Assembly: GCA_947259165.1 (NCBI GenBank)
Contig: CAMYKY010000004.1
Location: 10,733-74,732 of the forward strand
Length of the DNA: 64,000 bases
Direction: 5' to 3'
Source of the DNA: an uncultured Acidobacteriota bacterium
Lineage (GTDB): Bacteria > Acidobacteriota > Vicinamibacteria > Marinacidobacterales > SMYC01
Under the pieces are notes generated by a model. It searched no databases. It saw only the letters and a list, made by a program, of their open reading frames with translations, and was not told the origin of the DNA. Shown piece by piece: positions 1 to 9,120 of the stretch (the stretch's first letter is position 1; every line of letters begins with the position of its first letter). The position numbers were made by a program, and so were the translations under genes.

Positions 1-1
1 T

Positions 2-424
2 CGCTACGGCCTCGATGCGCGCGCGTTCGTCCCCCTAGGCTCGCCACAGCGCGTTCTCGCCCTCCGAGCCGGGCTTCTGGTCGACAACGCGGATAGGAAC
101 CACACCGTCCCATTTTTCATGCAACGCTCGCTCGGAGGAAGCCACACGCTTCGCGGATTCGATAGCTTCCGCTGGCGCGGCGAAGAGATCATGTTGTACC
201 AGGCGGAGTACCGCTGGGAGCCGCTACCATTTTGGGACCTCGACGCTTTCGTCGAGGCCGGGGCGGTCGGAGGCCCGGTGGAAGACTTGAGCTTTTCGAA
301 TCTGGAGCTCGATTGGGGATTGGGCACCCGCTTCAAGACGTACCGCGACGTCGTCCTGCGATTCGAGATCGCATTCAGTCGTGAGACGACACGCTACTAC
401 ATTCGGGGCTCGACGTCGTTTTAA
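2..424 (+). CDS. Omp85/BamA-TamA family outer-membrane beta-barrel, C-terminal part (5' truncated by window edge)
   Basis: Frame is open from position 2. LGGSHTLRGF..FR loop-6-like motif, amphipathic beta strands, terminal Phe. Confidence 0.8.
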   Translation, partial: RYGLDARAFVPLGSPQRVLALRAGLLVDNADRNHTVPFFMQRSLGGSHTLRGFDSFRWRGEEIMLYQAEYRWEPLPFWDLDAFVEAGAVGGPVEDLSFSNLELDWGLGTRFKTYRDVVLRFEIAFSRETTRYYIRGSTSF

Positions 425-433
425 GGACTCACG

Positions 434-2002
434 ATGAAAGCTGCTCTCGTACTCCTGCTGCTGGCACAAACATTCTACGTCGACGACCCGATCCAAGAAG
501 ACCGGGACCGGTTGCCGATCGATCCGCCTGCCGAGATCGAGCTCAGCCCGACGTACGATCTCTTGTCGAATACATTCGCGGCACCCGAGCTCGAGGAGTC
601 GGTCCCGCGAGCCTTGAACGCCAACACTCTCGGCGAAGTACCGGATTCGAGCTGGTTCACGAACCGCATCGGGGTTCGCGACATGCCTCTCGAGGAGCTC
701 ACCCAAGGCCCTCGAACCGGCGGCCCGCCAGACGTGAGTCGGCCACTTGTCATCATCAGCGCGAAACAAGGCGGCATCACACCGGGGTTCACGATTCGCG
801 ACGTCCACGAAAACGTCTATTTCATCAAGTTCGATCCGGCCGCGCACCCGAGCCTGTCGACCGGCGCCGATGTCATCTCGAAGAACTTCTTTCACGCGAT
901 TGGCTTCAACGTCCCCGAGGCCTACATCCTCTACGTACGTCCTGAGTATTTCGAGATCGACTCAGGCGCAGTTGTAAACCTGCCCGGCGGCAAGAAAGAG
1001 CCCATGGATCGGGCGTACCTCGAGCTCATGCTGGAAAACGCCGCCAAGATCCCGGACGGTAATATCCGAGCCGTCGCAAGCCTACTGGTCCCGGGCAACG
1101 TCATCGGGCCGTTTCGCTTCTACGGCACCCGCTCCGACGATCCCAACGACATCTTCCCGCACCAGCATCGCCGGGAGCTTCGCGGCTACCGCGTTTTCTG
1201 CGCATGGCTCAACCACGACGATTCGCGAAGCATCAACACTCTCGACGCCTACGACGGACACATCACGCATTATCTTATCGATTTTGGCTCGACCCTCGGC
1301 AGCGGCTCCGACGTGCTCCGCAACATCGCGCCACAGGATCCGCGTGCCGGCAACGAATACTTCCTCGACTTGCCGGTGGCGTGGAAGACCGCCTACACCT
1401 TCGGTATAAACGGGCGGCCCTGGAGAAGCGTCGAGTATCCCTATCCCGACTACGCCGAGGTCGGTCGCATCGAATCAAAATTCTTCGAGCCCCAAGAATG
1501 GAAACCAGAGTACCCCAACCCCGCATTCGACAGAATGCTCGCCGACGATGCGTTCTGGGCTGCGAAGATCGTGGCGCGATTTTCCGACGACGCGATCCGC
1601 GCGATCGTGAAAACCGGAGACTACCTCTCCTCCGACGCCGAGCGCTATCTCGCCGACACTCTGATCGCACGGCGGGATAAGGTCGTCACCTACTACTTCA
1701 ACCAGGTGAATCCCCTGGACGCCTTCGAGGTCGAGGGAACCACTCTGTCGTTCCGCAATCTTGGAAACACACCTCCTGGCGCCTATCTCTATCAGTGGTT
1801 CGCATTCGACAACGACACTTCGGAGCTCGAAAGCCTCGACAGCTTAGTCGAGCAAGCCGAAGCCCGCATCGAGCTGCCGAGAGTCGACGCCCCGTACCTG
1901 ATGATCCGCCTCCGAACCCGAACCCAGCCAAAAGCCGTCGACGTCTACCTTCGCCGCACGACCAAGGGCTACGAGATCGTCGGAATAGATCGCGAAATCT
2001 GA
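434..2002 (+). CDS. Secreted conserved hypothetical protein with atypical kinase-like motifs
   Basis: RBS AAGGA, short signal peptide, motifs YFIKFD, WLNHDDSRSINT and IDFGS. Confidence 0.7.
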   Translation: MKAALVLLLLAQTFYVDDPIQEDRDRLPIDPPAEIELSPTYDLLSNTFAAPELEESVPRALNANTLGEVPDSSWFTNRIGVRDMPLEELTQGPRTGGPPDVSRPLVIISAKQGGITPGFTIRDVHENVYFIKFDPAAHPSLSTGADVISKNFFHAIGFNVPEAYILYVRPEYFEIDSGAVVNLPGGKKEPMDRAYLELMLENAAKIPDGNIRAVASLLVPGNVIGPFRFYGTRSDDPNDIFPHQHRRELRGYRVFCAWLNHDDSRSINTLDAYDGHITHYLIDFGSTLGSGSDVLRNIAPQDPRAGNEYFLDLPVAWKTAYTFGINGRPWRSVEYPYPDYAEVGRIESKFFEPQEWKPEYPNPAFDRMLADDAFWAAKIVARFSDDAIRAIVKTGDYLSSDAERYLADTLIARRDKVVTYYFNQVNPLDAFEVEGTTLSFRNLGNTPPGAYLYQWFAFDNDTSELESLDSLVEQAEARIELPRVDAPYLMIRLRTRTQPKAVDVYLRRTTKGYEIVGIDREI

Positions 2003-2027
2003 CCGTGCCGGCTATGCCTAGACAGCG

Positions 2028-2067
2028 ATCGTGCCCGTGCCCGCGTGCGTGCCCGTGCCCGGCAAAA
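2028..2067. repeat. (GTGCCC)n-based intergenic repeat, copy 1
   Basis: atcgtgcccgtgcccgcgtgcgtgcccgtgcccggcaaaa matches the reverse complement of 34158-34198 with about 3 mismatches. Confidence 0.8.
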
Positions 2068-2105
2068 CCGCCACCCTCGTCGAACCGCGATGTTTCTACG
2101 GCCCA

Positions 2106-3168
2106 CTACTGCCCAACCGCCCGCTCCACCAACCGCGCGATACCGGGAACAATCATAATCTCCAATTCCGCCCGTTTGAGCTCCGTCTTTTCGTCGTCCC
2201 ACCAAGTCCCCGGCGCAGGCCAACTCCCCTCTTGTTGCATGTGCTGGGCTACCGTCAGGTCCGGCCCGGCGACACGCAGCAGCACGTCGTGAGCATCGTC
2301 TACCCACTTGCCAGGAGGACGCTCACCGCGATCGACAAACTGCAACGCCTCGAGCCCCACCGTCGCGAGCCGACTCAAGTCCTCCGATAGAACCGCCACC
2401 TCGCGAAGCGGCAAAGTGTCTTCGAGCAGCGACTTCATCCGTTCGTGATTACCCTGCCACCTATCGAGCCATTCTTGGATCTCGCCGTCGTCGTCCAACG
2501 CATCGAACCGCCGGGCTACGATGCTCTCGGGCCGAACCGCGTCGACGAGGCGGTTGAAAGGCGTGTCGGTCTCGTAGTCGCGAATTCGCGTGCGTGCGTA
2601 AAAGCGCACCGGCTCGAGGACATCGGCAAGCGTCGCGAGCGGGTCGACCGGGTGATCGCCCGCAAGCCGTGACAACATGCGCCGTCGCCCGGACTCGTGC
2701 TCCATTCCCAATCGATCCAAATACCGGCTGAGGTGGTCGAGACGTTCGTACAGCTTCCCGTCCGGCGCTTTCGACCACAATCTCTCCGCCACGGCGCCGG
2801 CCCGCGGCCAAATACGCGCGTCGATATTCTCAGGGGTGATGAGCTCACCCCACATACACGCCTCGCCGCCGAGAATGCGCGCGCGCTGCCGATCGGTGAG
2901 CTCGGCCCCCGATAGAGGATCGATGCCGTGATGGAACGACGCCGGGAACATGTGGTCGAGGTAGTAGCCGAAAGAAAGAATCCCTTCGAATCCGGATCGC
3001 GCCGCCTCGGCAAGCGAGGCCTACCCGCGCCACGATTGAACGAGCGTGACTACCGTCCCGTATCACGATTTGCTCGGGCGCCGGAACGACACGGTTATCG
3101 TCGCCCTGAGCCGAGCCGAGCGCCAGGCCGAAAAGCAGCGTCGGGACAGCGACGCGTGGGTTCCTCAT
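2106..3168 (-). pseudogene. GH20 beta-N-acetylhexosaminidase pseudogene (internal deletion, frameshift and nonsense codon)
   Basis: Signal peptide plus VVPAP N-terminus is joined out of frame near 3053 to VQSWRG*ASLAEAA..GYYLDH..GGEACMWGE..RIWPR. TAG at 3021-3023. The catalytic HxGGDE region is absent. Confidence 0.85.
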
Positions 3169-3216
3169 AGAACCGCCATTCTAACCCCGCGTCGATGCGG
3201 CAACGAGAAAGAGCCC

Positions 3217-3397
3217 CACGACGGAGTACGGAGTCCATGGAGCTCTCGAGGGATCATCTTTTTCGTCCCCGTTCCCGTTCCCGTTCCCGTTCCCGACCCC
3301 GATCTGCGAATCCTGCTTCGCCGTCTTCGTGAAATCCTTCGTGCCATCGTGTCAAAACTTCTTAATATTCCTCTGCTTCTCTGTGCCTCCGTGGTGA
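3217..3397. repeat. Intergenic element bounded by CACCACGGAG-like imperfect inverted repeats, containing a (GTTCCC)n array
   Basis: cacgacggagtacggag ... ctctgtgcctccgtggtga. Related ends at 4547-4668 and 56824-57017. Confidence 0.6.
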
Positions 3398-3413
3398 GAG
3401 AATGGTCGCCACG

Positions 3414-4538
3414 ATGAACCCGTATTGGGACGCGCTTCGTCAGATCCCGCGCGGTCAAACTCGCTCTTTCATGGAATTGGCGGCAATGGCAGGGCGACCC
3501 GGAGCGGCAAGAGCAGCGGGACGTGCCGTCGCGTCGGCTTCGACGTCACCGACCTTGCCTCACCACCGAGTGGTCGACTCGCAGGGACGCGCGCGTGACA
3601 GTCTTCTGCTGGTCCGACTCCGTCGTGAAGGAGCTCGTCCACGCACCCGGGAATCGATCGTGGATTGGGCAAAGCGCGTCAACGCTCCTCTCATCGGAGA
3701 CTACCGGACGCGCCAGTTTGCCCCGCGCACCGATGCTCGAACGCTCGAGTGGCACCCAGACCAAGTGGAGCCGTTCGCCGGCGAAGCGGAAGCGACCGCC
3801 CGCGGGTTCACGCTACCGGGCACATCGCCGGCTCGCGACGAAGTCCTGCCCCCAAAGCGCGTCGTTCCGTCCGACCGAGGAGATCTCTCGTTTTCCGAGC
3901 GTTGGGCGCAAATCGATTGGGACGAAGTGCGGCGCGCGCTCGAGCACGACGGCGGCTACCACCTCAAGAAACTGCTGACACCGTCCGAATGCGCTTCCAT
4001 GCTGAACAAATCCCATGAGATGAAGCGCTTCGAACGGAGCATCGATATGCTTCCACGTGGCTACGGCGTGGGCTCCTATCATTATTATCGAGAGCCGTTG
4101 CCCCCCATCGCACAGAAACTACGCGAACGCCTCTATCAAGAGCTCGCACCCGCAGGGTACCCGGACACGCTGGAAGAATTCTGGGAGCGCTGCAAAGACT
4201 CAGGTCAGACGCGGTCTTCATCGATCCTGATCGGCTACGGCAAAGGTGGTATCAACCACCCCCACCGTGATGTCTACGGGCCGGTGTTTTTTCCGTTCCA
4301 AGCCCTGATCGCCCTGTCGAAACGTGGCCGCGATTTCACCGGCGGCGAATTCTACCTCGCCGACGAAGACGGGCCCCGCCCAAGGCAACTGTTCAAGGTG
4401 ACTGAAGGCGACGTCGTCATCTTCGCAACCCGCGACCGACGCCCCGCTGGCCGAAAGATCCCACTACGGCACGGAATGACCACGGTAACCCGCGGAAAAC
4501 GCTACGGCCTAGGACTGGTCTTCCACCTCGCCGAATAA
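3414..4538 (+). CDS. Fusion of MGMT/ATL DNA-binding domain, degenerate Ada-like domain and 2OG-Fe(II) oxygenase (DUF2086-like)
   Basis: IPRGQTRSF..ARAAGRA..LPHHRVV; EPFAGEAEATARGF; HRDVYG..FPFQ..FTGGEF..RHGM..R.GLGLVFH. Confidence 0.8.
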   Translation: MNPYWDALRQIPRGQTRSFMELAAMAGRPGAARAAGRAVASASTSPTLPHHRVVDSQGRARDSLLLVRLRREGARPRTRESIVDWAKRVNAPLIGDYRTRQFAPRTDARTLEWHPDQVEPFAGEAEATARGFTLPGTSPARDEVLPPKRVVPSDRGDLSFSERWAQIDWDEVRRALEHDGGYHLKKLLTPSECASMLNKSHEMKRFERSIDMLPRGYGVGSYHYYREPLPPIAQKLRERLYQELAPAGYPDTLEEFWERCKDSGQTRSSSILIGYGKGGINHPHRDVYGPVFFPFQALIALSKRGRDFTGGEFYLADEDGPRPRQLFKVTEGDVVIFATRDRRPAGRKIPLRHGMTTVTRGKRYGLGLVFHLAE

Positions 4539-4546
4539 CGGTTCTT

Positions 4547-4668
4547 TCATCACGGAGTCACGGAGCTCATGAAGAACTCGATAAGAGTTCTTGTCTCGGT
4601 TCCCGTCCCGTTCCCGAAAGGAGCGTTGATGTCCGCCCTGCTCTCCGTGAAAGCCTCCCTACCTCCGT
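4547..4668. repeat. CACGGAG-type intergenic element with GTTCCC units
   Basis: tcatcacggagtcacggag ... ctccgtga ... ctccgt. Confidence 0.5.
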
Positions 4669-4706
4669 ACTACTAACATCGAAGAACTTGCTACAAAAAG
4701 AAGAAC

Positions 4707-4875
4707 TCAACGCAAAGGCGCCAAGACGCGAAGGCGCAAAGTGAGCGCCTTCAGCGCGGACTTGTTCCGGAGAATGTTTCTTTCACAAGTGTCAAATCAT
4801 CGTCTGCGGAAGACTATGGCCGTCTCTCATACTCGATGACCTTTGCGGCTCTGCGACTTCGCGCCTTTGCGTTGA
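4707..4875. repeat. Element with perfect 15-bp terminal inverted repeat (TCAACGCAAAGGCGC)
   Basis: 4707-4721 is the reverse complement of 4861-4875. Internal CGCAAAG/CTTTGCG reiterations. Lies between convergent genes. Confidence 0.75.
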
Positions 4876-4921
4876 AGAAGCGGTGGGGTGCGGACTTTCC
4901 GCGCTGTGCGTCCGTATTGAG

Positions 4922-5326
4922 CTACGATTCCAATTGCTCCGCCAACGCGACAAACCGGCGGACAAACTGGGTGATCTTATCTTGCATGGCTGGTTCGATC
5001 TCGATGAACTCGAGCCCAAAACCGCTGCGTAAATCCTTCGGAGGACTTTCGACGTCTGTGGTGCGCCAACGAACCTGGACCGTCGCGTCCACCTGCCCCA
5101 GTTGAAAAGGCAGAAAGAACCGTAGACGGAAACGCTCATCCATTTCGAAACCGACATCGGAGGTAAAGAAGACGCCGCCGCGGCTCAAGTTCAAGACGTA
5201 GCCTTGCCCGACTTTGTCACGAGCCTTATAAACGGCGCTGATCGTCAGCGGGCTAACCCGCAGCATGCGATCCATGTGCTGAGGCCCCGGAAGCGTCTCG
5301 CGTTCGGGCGACGAAGCGTCGCTCAT
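4922..5326 (-). CDS. PilZ domain protein
   Basis: DRMLRV (RxxR-like) and NLSRGG (D/NxSxxG) motifs, V.VRW. RBS GAGG before ATG 5326. Confidence 0.8.
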   Translation of the reverse strand: MSDASSPERETLPGPQHMDRMLRVSPLTISAVYKARDKVGQGYVLNLSRGGVFFTSDVGFEMDERFRLRFFLPFQLGQVDATVQVRWRTTDVESPPKDLRSGFGLEFIEIEPAMQDKITQFVRRFVALAEQLES

Positions 5327-5336
5327 CGGTCGAACC

Positions 5337-7064
5337 TCATGGCTGAACACCCTGCTCAATAGTGTCACCAGCGGGGTCGTCGCCTGAGCTCAGTTTGCGC
5401 TGCAAGAGCTTGTTCTCGAGCGCCATACCGGCCTGAGCCATGAAAAGCTCGAGCCCGCTGAGATCGCCCAGGGCGCGCCCGCCGACGCCGTTGTCGCCGT
5501 AGAGCACCAACAGCGTCGCCCGGTTGTAGAGCACCGGCATCAACACCCCTTCCGAGGTGTTCGCCCGGCCGATCGTGTCGAGTAGCCGGCCGAGATCCTC
5601 CACACCTCCGCTCAAACGAAGCGTTTTGCCCGTGCTGACGACCTCGGTTAGAGATTTCGCCTCATCGACGGAAAGAGACATGCTCCGGGTAAGGTCTGTG
5701 CAGTGCTTCTGATTCGAGCCGAATCCGAATCCCGACAGCCCGCGGGCAGTTTCGCTCTTCACCACGAACAGAACACCTCGCTCAAGAAACCGGGCGGCAA
5801 CCTTCATGACGAGGAGAGAAACATCGTTCGACCCCCCGAGCTCGACGAGCTTTTTCGTCATCGCCGAGATGAAATCCGTGCGTTCGGCCTCGTTTCCGTT
5901 CTCGCTATTGGCGACGGGTGGTGGATTGGCCCCGCCACCCATATCGCGATGGTCTTCGACAAGCTTGCGTAGCTGTGCTTCCACGGTATCGGTAAACTCC
6001 CTGAGATCGGCGCGATACAGCTCTGGGTCCGGTTTCGTCAGCGTCGGCTTGTAGGCGATCCGACGAACGCCGAGCGCTTTGGCCTCGTCCCGGGCGGCGT
6101 CGCTGAGGCTGTCCGCCATGACGAGCACCGGCACTGAGAACCGCTCGTTGAGCATGCGGCGGATGAGCTCGAAGCCTCCGTAGAAGCTTTCGCCCGATGA
6201 AGTCGGCATCTTGAGGTCGACAGCCGCGAGTATGGATTCTCCTTGCTCCCGCCGAGCTCGAACGAGATCTGCGGCCGCACTCGGGCTCGACGCGGTGAAA
6301 ACCTTGTAGCCCCGCGACTTGAGCTCCGAGCCGACGACGTCGGTCACCGGCAACTCGTCATCGACGACGACGATCGTGTAACTCAAAGCGTCGGCTTGGG
6401 CAAACGACGTCACCACAGGCTCGACGGTCTCGAGCACTTCCGCTACGGGTTTCGGTTGCGACGACGTCGACTCGACGGGCGCAGGCAACGGCTCGGCCGC
6501 CGGTGCGGGTGTCGGCCTGGGCTCCGCCACCTTCTCGGCCACCGGCCCGGGGTAAGTAGACAAGTTGGGTGCTAGCGACTCGTCCGCCTCGACCGCGGCG
6601 ACTTGTTCTTCGGGAGGGTCCCCTCGAAACGCGAGCTCGAGCAACGTGGTCGCCTCACGACGTTCATTGTCGATTTCGACGGCGAGGTCGAGCAGCAGCT
6701 CCTGCGGGTCGATACCACCGGGGATCATGAACGGTTTGATGCGTACACCGCCAAGATCATCGGAGATCTCGTGGGTCAGCTCGAATCTAAAACTCCCCTC
6801 ACGCAAACCAGCCAATTCGCGGATCGCCGCTTCGATGTTCTCGCGATTGGACGCGGGCGAGATTTTGCTCGGGTCGTGAGCAAGCTCCCGCAGTCTCTCC
6901 ATCGTCGACCAGGAGAAGGCGAACAGGACTCGTCCTTCCGATAAGATGACCGCGCCACGTCCAGCCGGACCCGCGATTCTCAGGTATCCGCTCTTTTTGG
7001 AGAACGCGATGATCTGCAGCATATCGATCAGCGGCAGATCTTCGAGTTGTCCTTTGAGTCCCAC
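5337..7064 (-). CDS. DUF4388 (PATAN-like) + receiver + GAF-like domain protein
   Basis: N-terminal LKGQLEDLPLIDMLQII..SKKSGYL; VVDDE..DLKMP..YKP receiver; C-terminal GAF-like LYGDN..AGMALEN. Confidence 0.8.
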   Translation of the reverse strand: MGLKGQLEDLPLIDMLQIIAFSKKSGYLRIAGPAGRGAVILSEGRVLFAFSWSTMERLRELAHDPSKISPASNRENIEAAIRELAGLREGSFRFELTHEISDDLGGVRIKPFMIPGGIDPQELLLDLAVEIDNERREATTLLELAFRGDPPEEQVAAVEADESLAPNLSTYPGPVAEKVAEPRPTPAPAAEPLPAPVESTSSQPKPVAEVLETVEPVVTSFAQADALSYTIVVVDDELPVTDVVGSELKSRGYKVFTASSPSAAADLVRARREQGESILAAVDLKMPTSSGESFYGGFELIRRMLNERFSVPVLVMADSLSDAARDEAKALGVRRIAYKPTLTKPDPELYRADLREFTDTVEAQLRKLVEDHRDMGGGANPPPVANSENGNEAERTDFISAMTKKLVELGGSNDVSLLVMKVAARFLERGVLFVVKSETARGLSGFGFGSNQKHCTDLTRSMSLSVDEAKSLTEVVSTGKTLRLSGGVEDLGRLLDTIGRANTSEGVLMPVLYNRATLLVLYGDNGVGGRALGDLSGLELFMAQAGMALENKLLQRKLSSGDDPAGDTIEQGVQP

Positions 7065-7099
7065 GGGTACGCTTTCTCCTCGATGCTTCGGGTCCCGGG

Positions 7100-7480
7100 C
7101 TAGGCCAACAGCTCTCGGACGAGACTGACGAGTTTCGGCCCCGAGATCGGCTTCGTCAGGTAGGCGTTAGCCCCCTTGGCGAGGCCCTCGTCCCGCGATT
7201 GCTCTTGACCTTGGGTCGTGATGACGATAATCGGCACTTTGGGCTCGCTATGCTGGGAGCGGATGTAGGTGATCAGATCGAGCCCGTTCATGTGGGGCAT
7301 GTTGATGTCCGTCAGCACGCAATCCACGGTCTGGTCCCCGAGCTTGTCGACCGCCTCCTTTCCGTTCGCGACCTCAGTGATCCTGTAGGTCCCTTCCTTT
7401 TTCAAAGTGAGAGAAATCAGCATCCGCGTCGTGGCGGAATCGTCGACGACCAAAAGATTCTTGTTGGACACGTTGGACAT
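7100..7480 (-). CDS. cheY: Single-domain response regulator (CheY-like)
   Basis: VVDDS..TDINMP.MNG..ITT..TKP. Confidence 0.85.
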   Translation of the reverse strand: MSNVSNKNLLVVDDSATTRMLISLTLKKEGTYRITEVANGKEAVDKLGDQTVDCVLTDINMPHMNGLDLITYIRSQHSEPKVPIIVITTQGQEQSRDEGLAKGANAYLTKPISGPKLVSLVRELLA

Positions 7481-7496
7481 GGGTTCTCCTTCGCCG

Positions 7497-8252
7497 TTAC
7501 TTCGATTTCATGAGCTGCAGGAAGCCTTCCATGGTCTTGAGCTTGCGACCCATGGTGCTATGCAACCGAGCTGATACGAGTGCGCTCGCCGCGTGCGTGG
7601 CCACGAGCTCTAGAATTTGATAGTCGATAGCCGAAAACGACTTTTTGTGACTGAGAAGCTTGTAGATGACCACAACACCAACCGTCGTTCCGTTGAGCTT
7701 CATCGGGAGCGTTGCCAGGGGCAAGTGCGCCTTCACTTCGTTCTCGCTCTTTGGCTCGAAGTAGAAAGATTCCCCAGTAGCGGCGACATCACCGATAACG
7801 CCTTCGCCCATCGGGAGCGAATCCTTCGGAAGCCGCTCATGGATACTCTCACCGGCAAGAACTCGAAGTTGGTTCTTGCTCTTGTCGATAACGAGTAGAC
7901 CAAACTCTTCAGCACCGACCATTTCCGCCAGAATCTCGGCGACGATCTGCTCGACTTCCTCGAGCTCGAACGTCGCGTGGAGCCGTTGACTAACGACGTA
8001 GAGGTTCGCGAGCGCCTCGTTCTGCTCCTGAACCTCAACGTACATGTTCGCGAATTCCTGGTTCTCTTTTTCGACCTGTTCGACACGTACAAGGGCCTCT
8101 TGCAGCGCTTCGAGAAGCGCTTTTTCCCCGCCACTCGCTTGCATCTCGAATCCCGTCTGCAGGTCTGCGACCTGCCGCTCGAGCTCGCTCACCCGCCCGC
8201 GCAAGACAGTGTTAGAGACCGATGTGGGTCTAGTTTCTTCGTCTCGGGACAT
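7497..8252 (-). CDS. Coiled-coil + GAF domain protein of the chemosensory cluster
   Basis: N-terminal heptads; ANLYVVSQRLH..GEGVIGDVA..ATHAASAL GAF domain. Confidence 0.8.
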   Translation of the reverse strand: MSRDEETRPTSVSNTVLRGRVSELERQVADLQTGFEMQASGGEKALLEALQEALVRVEQVEKENQEFANMYVEVQEQNEALANLYVVSQRLHATFELEEVEQIVAEILAEMVGAEEFGLLVIDKSKNQLRVLAGESIHERLPKDSLPMGEGVIGDVAATGESFYFEPKSENEVKAHLPLATLPMKLNGTTVGVVVIYKLLSHKKSFSAIDYQILELVATHAASALVSARLHSTMGRKLKTMEGFLQLMKSK

Positions 8253-8266
8253 TTTGTCGTCTCCGT

Positions 8267-8728
8267 TCAGAGGGTCGCCATGGCCACGTTCACGATCACC
8301 TCACCGTGCGTCGTCTCCAAGGGGACCGTCAACGTTTCCAACTCCGCCGTCGAGACCATCACCTTGTCCCCCGCAACCATCGTCGGCGGCGACACGCGGA
8401 GCTTGTACCCCTTGTCATTGAGGAGCGATACCGCACGCCCCGTCATCATGCTCGCTAGCTCTGACAACGTATCCCTCACGAGAGTTCCAAGCTCCGCCTG
8501 AGGCTCATCATTCATTTCGCCGGCGATGGCGAGCGCGGTTTGCCGCGACATTTCGAATAGGACGCGCCCCTGGCCGTCTCCAGTAACGCCCACGATCGCG
8601 GTAACCCCATCCCCCGGAGAGCGCGCCGGCGAGAGCTGGACCCTGCCCGCAGCAATCCGGCCCGATAGGACTTGAGCCAGAATTTCCTGGGCTGAGCTCA
8701 CAAACGGCTGCACGTAGTCGTAGCGCAC
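8267..8728 (-). CDS. cheX: CheX-family protein
   Basis: YVQPFV..IVGVTGDGQG..ELASMMTG..SPP. Confidence 0.85.
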   Translation of the reverse strand: MRYDYVQPFVSSAQEILAQVLSGRIAAGRVQLSPARSPGDGVTAIVGVTGDGQGRVLFEMSRQTALAIAGEMNDEPQAELGTLVRDTLSELASMMTGRAVSLLNDKGYKLRVSPPTMVAGDKVMVSTAELETLTVPLETTHGEVIVNVAMATL

Positions 8729-9120
8729 TAGCAGTCTCCCAACACGAAGTCGACGACGCTCGCAACCTGTTTGGGCTCGACGGGCTTGGTGAGAAAGTGC
8801 TTGGCGCCGGAATCGAGAGCGGATTTGATCATCTCCTGATAGCCGTTCGAGCTCACCATCACGATTTTCGCCGACGAGTCGTGGCCGATGATTCCCTGAA
8901 CCGCCTCGACGCCCTCCATTTCCGGCATCGTGACGTCCATGATCACCAAATCAGGTTTGAGCTTCAGGTATTGCTCGATCGCTTCGCGTCCGTTTACCGC
9001 GAATCCGGCAGACTCGCCGCCCACCGACGTCAGGATCTTATTCATGTTGCGTCGTGCAAACTCCGAATCATCCACGACGAGAAACCGAAAACTCGATCTC
9101 GGATTGTTCACGCTAACCAT
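8728..9120 (-). CDS. cheY: CheY-like response regulator
   Basis: VVDDS..MDVTMPEMEG..VSS..TKP. Confidence 0.85.
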   Translation of the reverse strand: MVSVNNPRSSFRFLVVDDSEFARRNMNKILTSVGGESAGFAVNGREAIEQYLKLKPDLVIMDVTMPEMEGVEAVQGIIGHDSSAKIVMVSSNGYQEMIKSALDSGAKHFLTKPVEPKQVASVVDFVLGDC

